From Candidatus Zixiibacteriota bacterium (GTDB taxonomy: Bacteria > Desulfobacterota > Binatia > UBA9968), in the NCBI GenBank assembly GCA_035574315.1, contig DATLYW010000031.1:68574-132573 (forward strand): 64,000 nt of DNA. Direction: 5' to 3'. The notes beneath the pieces were generated by a model, which saw only the letters and a program-made list of their open reading frames with translations, did not search any database and had not been told where the DNA came from. The position numbers and the translations under genes were made by a program. Positions 19,173 through 29,389 of the stretch are shown one piece after another (within the stretch, counting starts at the first letter, position 1; each line of letters opens with the position of its first letter).

Positions 19173-20918
19173 TCATTTCTTCCGGAAGATCAGGATCGAA
19201 TGGCCGATGGAAGCGACCGGCGCCTCGGCCCTGTAACCGGCGTAAAAGTCCTTCGGCAGATAAAGGCCCGCCAGGAAAGTGGCGCTGATCGCCACGTAAT
19301 CGGCCGGTTCGGAGGCGGCGTTACCGGACCACGGCGAGAAAACCAGGCTCCCGGGCAGCGGCGTCGCATCGATCCCGTAGGCGGCCGGATTGACCGTGCC
19401 GAAATAAGCGAGCTCGATTTTTCGGGCTTTGTGCTCGTCCATCCAGCGCTTGAGGCCCGGCAGGTCCTGCCCCCAGTCCAGGTTCGAGTCGACGAGATAC
19501 CTCGATCCGTTCCGCGGGCCGCCCGCCAGCTCGTTGAAGAACGCCAGGTAGTCCGGGTAAGTTTTGACCCAACCGGCCAATAGCCAAGCCGCCAGGAAAA
19601 GGAGCGCCCACCGTGCCCATCGGGACCCGCAACTCCAGAGCACCGCAACGCGTCCCCCGAGAAAAACAAAAAGAAACGGATAAACCGGCAGGATGTGGCG
19701 CAGTCCGATATTCAGCTTCGAGCCGGCCGCCGCGCTGAAAAAGACAAGCGCCGGAATCAACAAAAAAAGATCGTCCCGCGACGGCCGGAGGCGGCGAAAC
19801 GGCGAAAGGACGACCGAAATCGCGATCGCGGCCAAGACCGGCACCGGGGTCTTCACGAGGAACGCCACGGGAAAGTAGAGCCACGACCCGTGTTCCGAAA
19901 CCGCTCCCAAAAGATACGACGGCCGGTCGAATCGCCTTGTCGCGTCGAGCAGGCCGTAGAGCCAGGCTTCGGGTATTAGAAGGTATCTGGCGTTGAGCAG
20001 CGCCACCGTGCCGAGCCAGCTTTCTTCCGTCGCCAGGAGCCCGATCCGGAGCCGGCCCGTCTGACCGCCGACCGCATCGAAACGGAGGCCGTGAACCGCC
20101 CAGATCGCGCCGTACGCCGCGAAGACCGCCAGCGCCACCGCCGCGAGCACAAGAGCGATCTTGTGCCACGCGCTCGTAAGCACGCGCGGGGATGTGATCT
20201 CGGAGTACTGCGGTTGTGGGGAAAGCGCCAGCACGACGCCCAATAAGGCCCAGACGGGCAGGATCACCAGAAACGAGAACTTGGTGACGGCGGCGAGAGC
20301 GAAGCACAGCGCGGTTCCGAGCAAATTCGGCCAGGTCAGGCGGCACGAGGCCCTCCAGAAAGCGTACGTCCCCGCGAAGAAGAAGAGCGCGAACGGCACG
20401 TCGGTATGAATGATCGAGGAATGGGCCGTGATATTGGGATCGAGGCAGTAAAGCGAGAGCGCCGCCAGAGCAGCGAGCTCCCCGTAGAGGTCTCGTGCGC
20501 AGAGAAATACCAGAATGCCGAGACCGGCGGCCAGGCAGATCATGACCAACTTCGGGTAGGCGATAAACCCGGGTGTGCGGGCGTTGGCGAGGAAAAATCG
20601 ATCTGCCAAGTTCCAGCCGTATCGCTTCTTGACTTGCACGCGATCCCGCTCCCGCGCCGTAATGGAACTCGCGTCGACCCCGGTGGCGAGCAACGGCAGC
20701 GCCGCGAGGATCTTGGCGAGCGGCGGGTGCTCGGGATTCACCCGGAAATCGCCCCAACGGAGATGGGAATAGCCCGCGTAGAGATGGAGCGGTTCGTCGA
20801 ACGTCGGCGACTTTTGCAGGGCGGCCGAATAGGAAAGACCCATGAAGGCGAGCAACAGCAGTACGGCAGTCACCGTCCCGGAGAACGAAAAGATATCGCG
20901 GTCGCCGTTCCCCATCAA
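19173..20918 (-). CDS. GT-C glycosyltransferase, PMT/ArnT-like (family 39/83) polytopic membrane protein
   Basis: TFDEPLHLYAGY...FRVNPEHPPLAK N-terminal signature of dolichyl/undecaprenyl-phosphate-sugar dependent transferases, with ~11 TM segments. Confidence 0.7.
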   Translation of the reverse strand: MMGNGDRDIFSFSGTVTAVLLLLAFMGLSYSAALQKSPTFDEPLHLYAGYSHLRWGDFRVNPEHPPLAKILAALPLLATGVDASSITARERDRVQVKKRYGWNLADRFFLANARTPGFIAYPKLVMICLAAGLGILVFLCARDLYGELAALAALSLYCLDPNITAHSSIIHTDVPFALFFFAGTYAFWRASCRLTWPNLLGTALCFALAAVTKFSFLVILPVWALLGVVLALSPQPQYSEITSPRVLTSAWHKIALVLAAVALAVFAAYGAIWAVHGLRFDAVGGQTGRLRIGLLATEESWLGTVALLNARYLLIPEAWLYGLLDATRRFDRPSYLLGAVSEHGSWLYFPVAFLVKTPVPVLAAIAISVVLSPFRRLRPSRDDLFLLIPALVFFSAAAGSKLNIGLRHILPVYPFLFVFLGGRVAVLWSCGSRWARWALLFLAAWLLAGWVKTYPDYLAFFNELAGGPRNGSRYLVDSNLDWGQDLPGLKRWMDEHKARKIELAYFGTVNPAAYGIDATPLPGSLVFSPWSGNAASEPADYVAISATFLAGLYLPKDFYAGYRAEAPVASIGHSILIFRKK

Positions 20919-21030
20919 AGTATCAGTGGTTTGCTATGAACCGGCGGGCGCCGCTTGACCGGCTTGAACAGTTGCGCTTCACCTGCGGAACGAACTCCTC
21001 ACTAAGTCGACGCTCGACTTTTGCCGGTCG

Positions 21031-23466
21031 TCACCCCGTGCCGTGCGCGGCCGCGTCGAGCGCCCGCCTTCTGTTTCGCCGCCACACGCCAAGGGAAATC
21101 GCGGCGAGGACGAGGAGCGTCGTCATGGAGACGATCAGCCCGAGCCTGAACGATCGGGGCTCGTATTTGAACTCCACCACGTGCTCGCCCGCGCCCAGCG
21201 GGACGGCGCGAAAGAAGAGGTTGGCGCGATAGATTTCGGCTTCCTTTCCGTCGACGTACGCTTTCCACCCGGGGTAGTAGGAATCCGCAAGCACCAGGAT
21301 TCCCGCGCCGTCGAGCGAGGCCTGGACGGTGACGGAGCGGCTCCCGTAGCTCACGATCCTGGCGCTCGCGGCGGCCGCCCGCCGTTCGCCGAGCGGAGCC
21401 TCGGCGTTCAGGATCACCTCGGCCCGGGGATCGAAGCCGGGGGAGGCGAGCCGCTCCAGGACGCGCCTGGCGCGCGACTCGGCGACGCTATGGCCGACCA
21501 CGTAGGCGCGCGGGACCGGCTCCTGGATCTCGTAGAGCCAGGCGTGGTCCCCCGGGAAGCGCGCTAAAAGGACAAGCCCACCGGCGGTGAGGGGCTGGAA
21601 GGCGACAACGTACCTGACATTGAAGCTGCGCAGCAGTCTTGTTTGAGTCGAAGCGTCCAGCGGATTGGCGAAAGCGAGAAACTCCGAGTAGGGCCAGCGT
21701 GCCAATGCGTCGATCTCCTGAAAATAATCGAAACCGTGAAGGATGCCCTCATTCGGCAAGAGATAGCGTGAGAACAACGCCGTGGTCTCCTCGAAGGAAC
21801 GGCGTCCATGCACCACAAACCGGCTGGGGTGGAGGTTATGAGGAGCCGGATAATAGAAAAGGCGGTTTAAGCTCGGGTCGGGTCGCGGCAGAATACGGAA
21901 GCCGTTGCTGAGAAAGCCGGGATCCAGCGGAAAGAGAAGGCCGCGGTGAGTCCACGCGAGATCGACGAAAGCGACTGCCGCGAGAAGAGCGCCGAACAGC
22001 AACCGTCGGATCACGTTCTTGCTCGCCAACCAAAACAAGAGTAATACGCCGACGATCAGCACCGTCTGTCGCTCTATACCGGCGAGTACAGCGGCGGTGA
22101 TTTCCGATTGTATTCCGCTTCCCGGTGCAACGCCCGCTCTGGCCGAAACGCCTCGTGCGACGATTTCCGAATGGAAGCGAAAATAGACGTACGTCGCCAT
22201 ACACGCAACGCTCAACGCCGCCACCGCGAGTCCTTTCCTCCTCGAACCCGGCTCGTCGCGATCGAGAAACAAAACAAAGCCTTTCAGTGCGGCGTACAGC
22301 AGGAGCAGTTGCGTGATATAGAAAAACTTCTCCGGAAAGCGCAGCGCCCCGAGGAACCAGAGATGCGTATAGAGGAATGGGTAAAGCGGGGTATGACTTC
22401 CCAGCGCAAGCACTAAGGTAACGCCGATCAGGACCGCAAGAGGCAGCTTAGGGCGCCACGAATCGAGGAGCAGCCAGAACCAGACGCCGCAGATCGCCGC
22501 TGCGCCCATGTAGTAACTCACGAAGAACGGGGTTCCCCGCGCAAAAAAAAGCTTCAACCCGCTCGGCGCACTCGGGTCGGGCTCCTTGTCGGAAATCAGA
22601 AGGTTTACTAGACTCAGCGGCTCCAGGGACCAGGTCATCGCTTCTCCGACTGGAATCGCCCGGCGGCGCCGCGATTCCAGAAACAGCTCGGCGGTCGGCG
22701 CAAGTTGGACCATCGAGAGCGTCACGACCACAAGATTCGCGGTGACCAGGGTCACTGCCATACGGCTCCAGGAAACAGCCGGCAGGGATCGTTTGAGCCT
22801 CAGGCCATCGAGCGCTACCAAAGCCGTGTTCAAAGCGTAGATCTCAGGGGATCCAGCCAAAAAACCGATCGTGGAGAGAAGGCCGAACGACAGAAAAGCT
22901 GTCCAGGAACCTGCGCATACCGCTCGCTCCCAGAAAACCAGCAGCCATGGCAGCCAAACCGCCGCCTGAAAGTGATTGAGCAGGTTTGTCAAAGAAACGG
23001 TCGTACCGCCAAACGCAAAAAGCAACGCCGCAACGACCGCGAGACCATGGGAATAACCCCACCTGCGTGCGAGGTGATAGGCGCCGACGGCAGCAACCAG
23101 AAAATGGAAAACGAACAGAATCCGTATCCCGTCGAAGAACGAGACCGCAAGAAAGATAAAATGCGGTGGATAGAAGACCCCGGACTGAAAACTGGCCAGA
23201 ACCGGAAATCCCGTCGCCATATGGCTATCCCAGAGGGGAAGGTTTCCTGAGCGATAGCTTTCGAATAGCGTAAACCGAAGCGGGTAGAAGTAAGTGCTGA
23301 GATCGCGGAAAAACGGCACTGACTCGCGGAAGATCAAATCCTGGCAGAACCAGGAGACAAGTAAGGTCAGTGCGATGATACCAAGGCGGTCGCCATCGAA
23401 GGCGGCCGCGAGTTGCTCGCGCTTCATGGAGTTGGGAGATTCAGGAATCGAGGGACGCGAAAACAA
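21031..23466 (-). CDS. YfhO-family GT-C membrane glycosyltransferase-like protein (start uncertain; ATG at 23427 also possible)
   Basis: 811 aa with many TM helices. N-terminal FFRDLSTYFYPLRF...LPLWDSHMATGFP matches the YfhO family. Confidence 0.65.
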   Translation of the reverse strand: MFSRPSIPESPNSMKREQLAAAFDGDRLGIIALTLLVSWFCQDLIFRESVPFFRDLSTYFYPLRFTLFESYRSGNLPLWDSHMATGFPVLASFQSGVFYPPHFIFLAVSFFDGIRILFVFHFLVAAVGAYHLARRWGYSHGLAVVAALLFAFGGTTVSLTNLLNHFQAAVWLPWLLVFWERAVCAGSWTAFLSFGLLSTIGFLAGSPEIYALNTALVALDGLRLKRSLPAVSWSRMAVTLVTANLVVVTLSMVQLAPTAELFLESRRRRAIPVGEAMTWSLEPLSLVNLLISDKEPDPSAPSGLKLFFARGTPFFVSYYMGAAAICGVWFWLLLDSWRPKLPLAVLIGVTLVLALGSHTPLYPFLYTHLWFLGALRFPEKFFYITQLLLLYAALKGFVLFLDRDEPGSRRKGLAVAALSVACMATYVYFRFHSEIVARGVSARAGVAPGSGIQSEITAAVLAGIERQTVLIVGVLLLFWLASKNVIRRLLFGALLAAVAFVDLAWTHRGLLFPLDPGFLSNGFRILPRPDPSLNRLFYYPAPHNLHPSRFVVHGRRSFEETTALFSRYLLPNEGILHGFDYFQEIDALARWPYSEFLAFANPLDASTQTRLLRSFNVRYVVAFQPLTAGGLVLLARFPGDHAWLYEIQEPVPRAYVVGHSVAESRARRVLERLASPGFDPRAEVILNAEAPLGERRAAAASARIVSYGSRSVTVQASLDGAGILVLADSYYPGWKAYVDGKEAEIYRANLFFRAVPLGAGEHVVEFKYEPRSFRLGLIVSMTTLLVLAAISLGVWRRNRRRALDAAAHGTG

Positions 23467-23524
23467 AAAGGGGTGAGTCGCCAGGACCCACCCCTCAGAA
23501 AAACCTACGCGCGAAGTGGGTCCT

Positions 23525-23908
23525 TTACGGGCAAGGTCCTCCTGTAATCTGTCCCGTGTTGCTCTCGAAAGTCCACGTAGTGGTACCGCAATTGTTGTGG
23601 GAAGCGGACAGCAAGAAGGTATTCGTACCGACGGTGGCGCCGATATTGACGTCAGTGCTCTTGTTAAAGCCTGATGGGTTACTACTGCTAAGGGTGCCGC
23701 TTCGGTACGTGAAGTTCTGGGTGAAATACGCTTCCTCGGCCGTCGCGGCGTTCCTCAGGTCCGCCTTGACCTGCGCTTCGTAGCCGCGCTTGCGATACTC
23801 CGAGAACTGCGGAATCGCGATCGCCGCGAGAATTCCGATAATTGCAACGACCACCAGGAGTTCGATCAACGTGAACCCCGACTGACTCTGTAATGGTGTT
23901 TTCTTCAT
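23525..23908 (-). CDS. pilA: Type IVa pilin PilA (prepilin with class III leader)
   Basis: MKKTPLQSQSG/FTLIELLVVVAIIGILAAIAIPQF cleavage/methylation motif; C-terminal Cys pair (C...C) forming a disulfide loop; GGGAG SD. Confidence 0.9.
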   Translation of the reverse strand: MKKTPLQSQSGFTLIELLVVVAIIGILAAIAIPQFSEYRKRGYEAQVKADLRNAATAEEAYFTQNFTYRSGTLSSSNPSGFNKSTDVNIGATVGTNTFLLSASHNNCGTTTWTFESNTGQITGGPCP

Positions 23909-24271
23909 ATAGTTGAGCTCCCTTTCCTGTGCGTGGTAGATTCTTTGGTGCCCGACCCCAAGCAACTCGTCGATCTTCGATCCCCCACCAAACCCAACGT
24001 CGATGACTTCATGCTCTTCTCACCTCCTTCTCAACCCGTGGGCTATGATGGGTTCGAAGTTGCCAGGAGGCTGCAGCAAAACGGAGGCCATGGCTTCTCC
24101 GTCCATCGCTCCACGGCGACGCGGGGGAACCGAAGCCTCCTTGTATTCCTTTCACTTCCAGTGGGTTACGACTCGGAAAATGGGTCTTTCTCGGCACCGG
24201 TGCATGCGGGAGCCCTAGCGAGGTATGGACATAATTCCGTTTTATTGAACCCGACAAGGTGACAAAAATTG

Positions 24272-26314
24272 TTACTGCGGCTCTTCGGTTTCGCCGTGAC
24301 CGTGCCCCTTGGTATTGAGCATGCCGTATTTCTCCAGGCGGTGGCGGAGGGATCGATAATTGATGCCCAGAATCTCGGCAGCGCGCTTCTGCACCCCGTT
24401 GGCCCGTTTGAGGGCGCCCAAAAGGATGCATTTTTCGTGGGTTTCGAGCTCAGCGTCGAGAGAAAGCCCCTTGCTGAAGAAAAGATCGGCGCCGCCGGGC
24501 GCGGTTTTCTCGAAAAGCTCCGCTTCTTCGGCAATCGGGGTTCCCTTGACGTGCGCGGGAAGGTCGTCCTCCGTGAGCGCCGCAGAGGTCGCGACCGCGA
24601 CCGCATGCTCCATGATGTTCTCCAGCTCGCGCACGTTTCCCGGGTAGGAATAATTCACCAGATGCATCAGCGCGCCGCTCGAGATCTCCTCGATCTTCTT
24701 CTGCTGCAGCTCGGTGAACTTGCGGAAGAAATAGTGCACGAGCGCCGGGATGTCCTCCTTGCGGTTTCGAAGCGGAGGCATCGTGATCTGCACGACGTTC
24801 AGCCGATAGAAAAGATCCTCGCGAAAACGCCCCTCCTCCATCTCCCTTCTCAGGTCCTTGTTGGTCGCCGAGATCACGCGGACGTCGACCTTGACCGGCT
24901 TGTTACCCCCCACCGGCGTGAAGGTCCTGTCCTGGAGCACACGCAGTAGCTTGACCTGGAGATGAAGCGGCAGCTCGCCCACCTCGTCGAGAAAAATCGT
25001 TCCCTGATCTGCCTGCTTGAACAGACCGGGATGATCGGCAACCGCCCCGGTGAACGCCCCTCGGACATGGCCGAAGAGCTCGCTCTCGATCAGATTCTCG
25101 GGAATCGCGCCGCAGTTGACGGCGACGAACGGCTTGTTCTTCCGCGGCCCGTTGAGGTGGATGGCGCGCGCGACGAGCTCCTTGCCGGTGCCGCTTTCCC
25201 CGATGATCAGGACGTTAGTGCTGCTCGAAGCGACCTTTTGCACCAGCTGGTTGATCTTTTCGATTCCGGGGCTCCTGCCGATCACTCCTTCGAAGTGGAA
25301 CTCGCCCGGTCCCCGGGCCTCCTGCTCCTTCGCCTTGCGCAGCTCCTCTTCGAGCCGGAGCTTCTCCTCCATTTCTTTCTGTTTGGTGATGTCGTCGAAG
25401 ATCGAAAGATAGCCGATCAACTGCTGCCCGGCGTCGCTGAGGGGAGCGAGCGTCAGGCGCAGCTGCTTCTGCGCCCCCTGCGCCGTCGCGAACGAGATCT
25501 CGTCGGCGACCACGCGTGGCCCGCTCTTCGATCCGTCGAAGCGATACGAGAGTCCGGGGAAAATCTCGTCGAGTCGCTTTCCACGGACCGTTTCCTCGGC
25601 CAGTCCGGTCAGGTTCTGCGCTTGCACGTTGAAATAGTTGACGCGACCGCCAACGTCCGTGATGGCGATTCCGCTGCCGACTCCCTGGAGCAGCGCCTGC
25701 TTCAACGCGTCGAGCTCCTGATAATCGAGCTGCTTCGCCTTGAGCGCCTTTTCCGTCTCGGCGAGCTTCTTCGCCAAAAACCCGCCGAGGCCCGCGATCG
25801 CGAAGAAACTTCCCGCGTTGAAGACGTGAGGCATCACCGCGGCCCACGAGGCGGGCACGCCTGCGCCGCGGTGCAACGTGTAGGCCCAGCTGAGCAGCGC
25901 CACGTAACAGAGGCTCGAGAAGATCGCCGTGAAAAACGCCCCGCGGTAAAAGAGCAGGATGGCGCCGTTCATGACCGCCAGGTTGTAGAGGAACGGAAAC
26001 GGGCTCGCGAAATCCCCCGTGATCCAGATGATGCCGGTGATGAGCAGGACGTCGAAATCGACCTGCAGGTGGGCGAAGAAGCGCAGATCCTTGATCCGCG
26101 GCAGGGCGAGGGCCGAGATCACGGAAATCGCGTACGCGAGGATCAGCGGAACCGAGAGCGTGTAGAGAAACCGGAGATCGCTTTGCTGGTTGAAGAAATG
26201 GAACAGCGCCGTGGCGCCGAGAAAAAAAGAGACGATGACCACTCGGAGAAAGAGCAGCCATCGCATCTTTTCGGTCAAATCCTTGCGCTCGTCAATCACT
26301 TTGCGACCGCCCAC
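24272..26314 (-). CDS. Membrane-bound sigma-54 activator: PilS-like 6-TM domain + PAS + AAA+ (GAFTGA) + HTH. Start is GTG at 26314 or ATG at 26266
   Basis: Six N-terminal TM helices, PAS region, Walker [16 protein letters not shown]-terminal HTH. No HisKA/HATPase and no receiver. Confidence 0.8.
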   Translation of the reverse strand: MGGRKVIDERKDLTEKMRWLLFLRVVIVSFFLGATALFHFFNQQSDLRFLYTLSVPLILAYAISVISALALPRIKDLRFFAHLQVDFDVLLITGIIWITGDFASPFPFLYNLAVMNGAILLFYRGAFFTAIFSSLCYVALLSWAYTLHRGAGVPASWAAVMPHVFNAGSFFAIAGLGGFLAKKLAETEKALKAKQLDYQELDALKQALLQGVGSGIAITDVGGRVNYFNVQAQNLTGLAEETVRGKRLDEIFPGLSYRFDGSKSGPRVVADEISFATAQGAQKQLRLTLAPLSDAGQQLIGYLSIFDDITKQKEMEEKLRLEEELRKAKEQEARGPGEFHFEGVIGRSPGIEKINQLVQKVASSSTNVLIIGESGTGKELVARAIHLNGPRKNKPFVAVNCGAIPENLIESELFGHVRGAFTGAVADHPGLFKQADQGTIFLDEVGELPLHLQVKLLRVLQDRTFTPVGGNKPVKVDVRVISATNKDLRREMEEGRFREDLFYRLNVVQITMPPLRNRKEDIPALVHYFFRKFTELQQKKIEEISSGALMHLVNYSYPGNVRELENIMEHAVAVATSAALTEDDLPAHVKGTPIAEEAELFEKTAPGGADLFFSKGLSLDAELETHEKCILLGALKRANGVQKRAAEILGINYRSLRHRLEKYGMLNTKGHGHGETEEPQ

Positions 26315-26351
26315 GGGCGAAGGTGTCGGCGTGTCAAGACCCGGCGGGCGT

Positions 26352-27569
26352 CTAAACCAGCGACCCCAACTGGAAGATGGGCAAGTACATCGAAATCACC
26401 AGACCTCCCAGAATCACCCCTAAAACCACCATGATCAGCGGTTCCATCAACGCGGTGAGGTTGTTCACCGCGTCGTCCACTTCCTCCTCGTAGAGATCCG
26501 CGACCTTCTTGAGCATGGCGTCGAGGCCGCCGGTGCTCTCGCCTACCGCCACCATCTGGCAAACCATCGGCGGGAAGATCCTGCTCTCGCGCAGCGGCTC
26601 GGCCACGGTTTTTCCCTGGCTGATGCTTACCCGGCTGTCGAGGATCGCCTTCTCGACGACCTTGTTCCCCGCGGTCTTGGCAGTGATCGCCAGACCGTCC
26701 AGGATCGGAACTCCGGAGCTCAAGAGCAGCGACATGTTCTGCGAGAACCGGGCGACGGCGACCTTGCGCAGCAGATCGCCGAAGATCGGCAGGCGCAGCA
26801 ACAGGCGATCGATCGTCATCCGGCCGTGCTCGGTCCGGTAGTACATCCGGACCGCCGCGATCACGGCGACGACGGCACCGAGCACGTAGTACCACGACTT
26901 CACGAACCAGTTGCTGAGGTTGATCGTGACCTGGGTCGGAACCGGCAGCGCTTTTCCCATGCTGCCATAGAGCTCGGAAAAAACCGGAATGACGAAGATC
27001 AGCAGGATCGCCACGACGATCGCCGCGACCACCACGATCGTGCACGGGTAGATCATCGCCCCCTTGACCTTTTTCCTGAGCTTGGTCGCCTTCTCGATGA
27101 ACATCGCCACGCGGTTGAGGATCGTGTTGAGCACACCGCCCGCTTCGCCCGCCTCGACCATGCTGGTGTAGAGGTCATCGAAGATCTTCGGATGCTTTTT
27201 CAGCGCCTCGCCGAGCGTCGATCCGCTTTCGACGTCCTGCCGGATCGTCCGCACGGTGTTGCGCAGCACCTTGTTCTCCGACTGCTCCGCGAGGATGTCG
27301 AGACACTGAACGATCGGCAGCCCGGCGTCGATCATCGTCGCGAACTGCCGGGTGAACAGCGAGACATCCCGGGGTTTGACCTTCTCCCCGAGCCCGGGGA
27401 TCCGAATTTCTCTGCTGAGGCCGGTCCCTTTCTCGCGGATGCGGTTCGGAAGCGGCCGTATGCGCCGGTCGCGCAGCAGTTGAAAGACCGCATCCACGCT
27501 CGGCGCTTCAAGCTCCCCCCTCATGGTTTTCCCTTGAGCGGTTTTCCCTTCCCACACGTAGATCGGCAT
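26352..27569 (-). CDS. pilC: Type IV pilus assembly platform protein PilC (GspF family)
   Basis: 405 aa with duplicated GspF domain and three TM regions. Confidence 0.9.
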   Translation of the reverse strand: MPIYVWEGKTAQGKTMRGELEAPSVDAVFQLLRDRRIRPLPNRIREKGTGLSREIRIPGLGEKVKPRDVSLFTRQFATMIDAGLPIVQCLDILAEQSENKVLRNTVRTIRQDVESGSTLGEALKKHPKIFDDLYTSMVEAGEAGGVLNTILNRVAMFIEKATKLRKKVKGAMIYPCTIVVVAAIVVAILLIFVIPVFSELYGSMGKALPVPTQVTINLSNWFVKSWYYVLGAVVAVIAAVRMYYRTEHGRMTIDRLLLRLPIFGDLLRKVAVARFSQNMSLLLSSGVPILDGLAITAKTAGNKVVEKAILDSRVSISQGKTVAEPLRESRIFPPMVCQMVAVGESTGGLDAMLKKVADLYEEEVDDAVNNLTALMEPLIMVVLGVILGGLVISMYLPIFQLGSLV

Positions 27570-27641
27570 AAGAGTCGTCGCCCAAACACCGGCGGCCGCG
27601 CCGCCGGACGGCTATTTCGCCAAAAGCTCCGCGCCTCCGTC

Positions 27642-29369
27642 TCAGAAACCCAGGGAGAAAACCGAACCGAATCCCTTGTCGCTGTCGGTCACGCGGATCG
27701 TTTCCTCGACCGTGGTCAAGCCCTCGCGGACCTTCTTGAGCGCGCTCATGCGCAACGTGCTCATGCCCAGCTTGACCGCCTCGCGCTTGAGCTCGATCGC
27801 GGAGGCACCGCGCAGCACCAGCTCCTTCAACGGCTCCTCCATCACCATCACCTCGTAGATCGCCAGCCGGCCCCGGTACCCGGTGCCGTTGCAGTTGGCG
27901 CAGCCCCTCCCGCGATGCGCCTCGAAATCGCCGTGAGCCTCCGCAGGGTCCACGCCGAGGCCCACCAGGACCTCCGGGCTCACCTCCACGCGCTCCTTGC
28001 AATTCTCGCAAATCCGGCGCACGAGGCGCTGGGCGGCCACCAGGTTCACCGACGAGGTCAGCAGGAACGGCTCCACCCCCATGTTCACGAGCCGGTCGAG
28101 GGTAGACGGGGCGTCGTTGGTGTGCAGCGTGCTCAGGACCAGATGGCCGGTCAGAGCAGCCTTGACGGCGATCTGTGCGGTTTCGAGATCGCGGATTTCG
28201 CCGACCATGATGATGTCGGGATCCTGGCGGAGGAAGGAGCGCAAGCAGGCCGCGAACGTGAGCCCGATCTGCTCGCGCACCTGGACCTGATTGATCCCCA
28301 CGAGGTTGTACTCGACCGGATCCTCGGCGGTCGAGATGTTGACCTCGGGCTTGTTCAGCTCGGAAAGCGCGGAATAGAGCGTCGTCGACTTGCCGCTTCC
28401 CGTCGGGCCGGTGATGAGGATCATCCCGTAGGGCTTGTGAATCGCCTCCTTGAACGCTTCCAGCGTCGGCGGATCGAAGCCGAGCTTGGTCATGTCGAGC
28501 TGAAGATTCGACTTGTCGAGCAGCCGCATGACGACCTTTTCGCCGAACAGCGTGGGCAGCACCGAGACGCGGATGTCCAGCTCGCCGCTGTTGCCCATCT
28601 TCAGCTTGATCCGGCCGTCCTGCGTCAGGCGCCGCTCTGCGATGTCCAGCCCGGCCATCACCTTGAGGCGGGAAACCAGCGGGTTCTTGAGCCGCAGCGG
28701 CGGGCTCATGATCTCCTGCAGCACGCCGTCCACCCGAAAACGGACCCGGAACACCTTCTCGTACGGTTCGATGTGAATGTCGCTGGCGCGTCGCTTGGCC
28801 GCATCCGCCAGGATCGCGTTGACCAGGGTCACCACGGGCGCTTCCATGGTGGCCTGTTGCAGCTCCTGGAGGTTCACGTCGTCCTGTTCGTGGATGACCT
28901 CCATGTCGCTGTCGCCGAATTTTTTCAGCACCTCGTCGTAGCTCACCCCGCCGAACTTGTGGTCGAGCGCTTTCTTGATCGCCGAAGGCGACGCCAGCGC
29001 GACGCGCACGCCGTAGCCGGTTATGAACTTGACCTCGTTGATGGCGACCAGGTCCGTCGGGTCGGACATGGCGATGGTGAGGGTGGAGCCGATGAGCTTG
29101 AGCGGAATCAGCTGGTGCTTCTGGACAAGCTGTGGAGGGACGAGGTTGAAGACGGAATCGTCGATCTCCGAGGGAACCGGATCGACCTTTTCGATACCGA
29201 ACTGCCTGGCGAGGAAATCGGTGAGCGCCTCCTCGGTGACGAAGCCCAGCCGCACCAGCTCGCGCATCACGCTGGAGCCGTTTTCCCGTTCCTTTTCCTG
29301 GGCTTTTTGGAGCTGCTCGCGGGAGACGACCCCCCCGCGCACCAACAGCTCTGCGACGCGTGCTTCCAT
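27642..29369 (-). CDS. pilB: Type IV pilus assembly ATPase PilB (GspE family)
   Basis: Walker A GPTGSGKST, tetracysteine C-x2-C...C-x2-C, N-terminal GspE_N domain. Confidence 0.9.
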   Translation of the reverse strand: MEARVAELLVRGGVVSREQLQKAQEKERENGSSVMRELVRLGFVTEEALTDFLARQFGIEKVDPVPSEIDDSVFNLVPPQLVQKHQLIPLKLIGSTLTIAMSDPTDLVAINEVKFITGYGVRVALASPSAIKKALDHKFGGVSYDEVLKKFGDSDMEVIHEQDDVNLQELQQATMEAPVVTLVNAILADAAKRRASDIHIEPYEKVFRVRFRVDGVLQEIMSPPLRLKNPLVSRLKVMAGLDIAERRLTQDGRIKLKMGNSGELDIRVSVLPTLFGEKVVMRLLDKSNLQLDMTKLGFDPPTLEAFKEAIHKPYGMILITGPTGSGKSTTLYSALSELNKPEVNISTAEDPVEYNLVGINQVQVREQIGLTFAACLRSFLRQDPDIIMVGEIRDLETAQIAVKAALTGHLVLSTLHTNDAPSTLDRLVNMGVEPFLLTSSVNLVAAQRLVRRICENCKERVEVSPEVLVGLGVDPAEAHGDFEAHRGRGCANCNGTGYRGRLAIYEVMVMEEPLKELVLRGASAIELKREAVKLGMSTLRMSALKKVREGLTTVEETIRVTDSDKGFGSVFSLGF

Positions 29370-29389
29370 AGCTCTGCCGGGAATTCTAA

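Noticed and set aside
24040-24070. GGTTCGAAG sequence resembling a tRNA T-loop in the pilA upstream region
   Set aside because: Flanking bases cannot form a T-stem or acceptor stem; no cloverleaf can be drawn.
23909-24271. Search for a sigma-54 (-24/-12) promoter for pilA
   Set aside because: Only poor matches found (e.g. GGGCAC-N5-AATCT on the minus strand, and CGGCAC-N5-CATGC on the wrong strand with wrong spacing). None has the conserved -12 GC at correct spacing, so no promoter is reported here.
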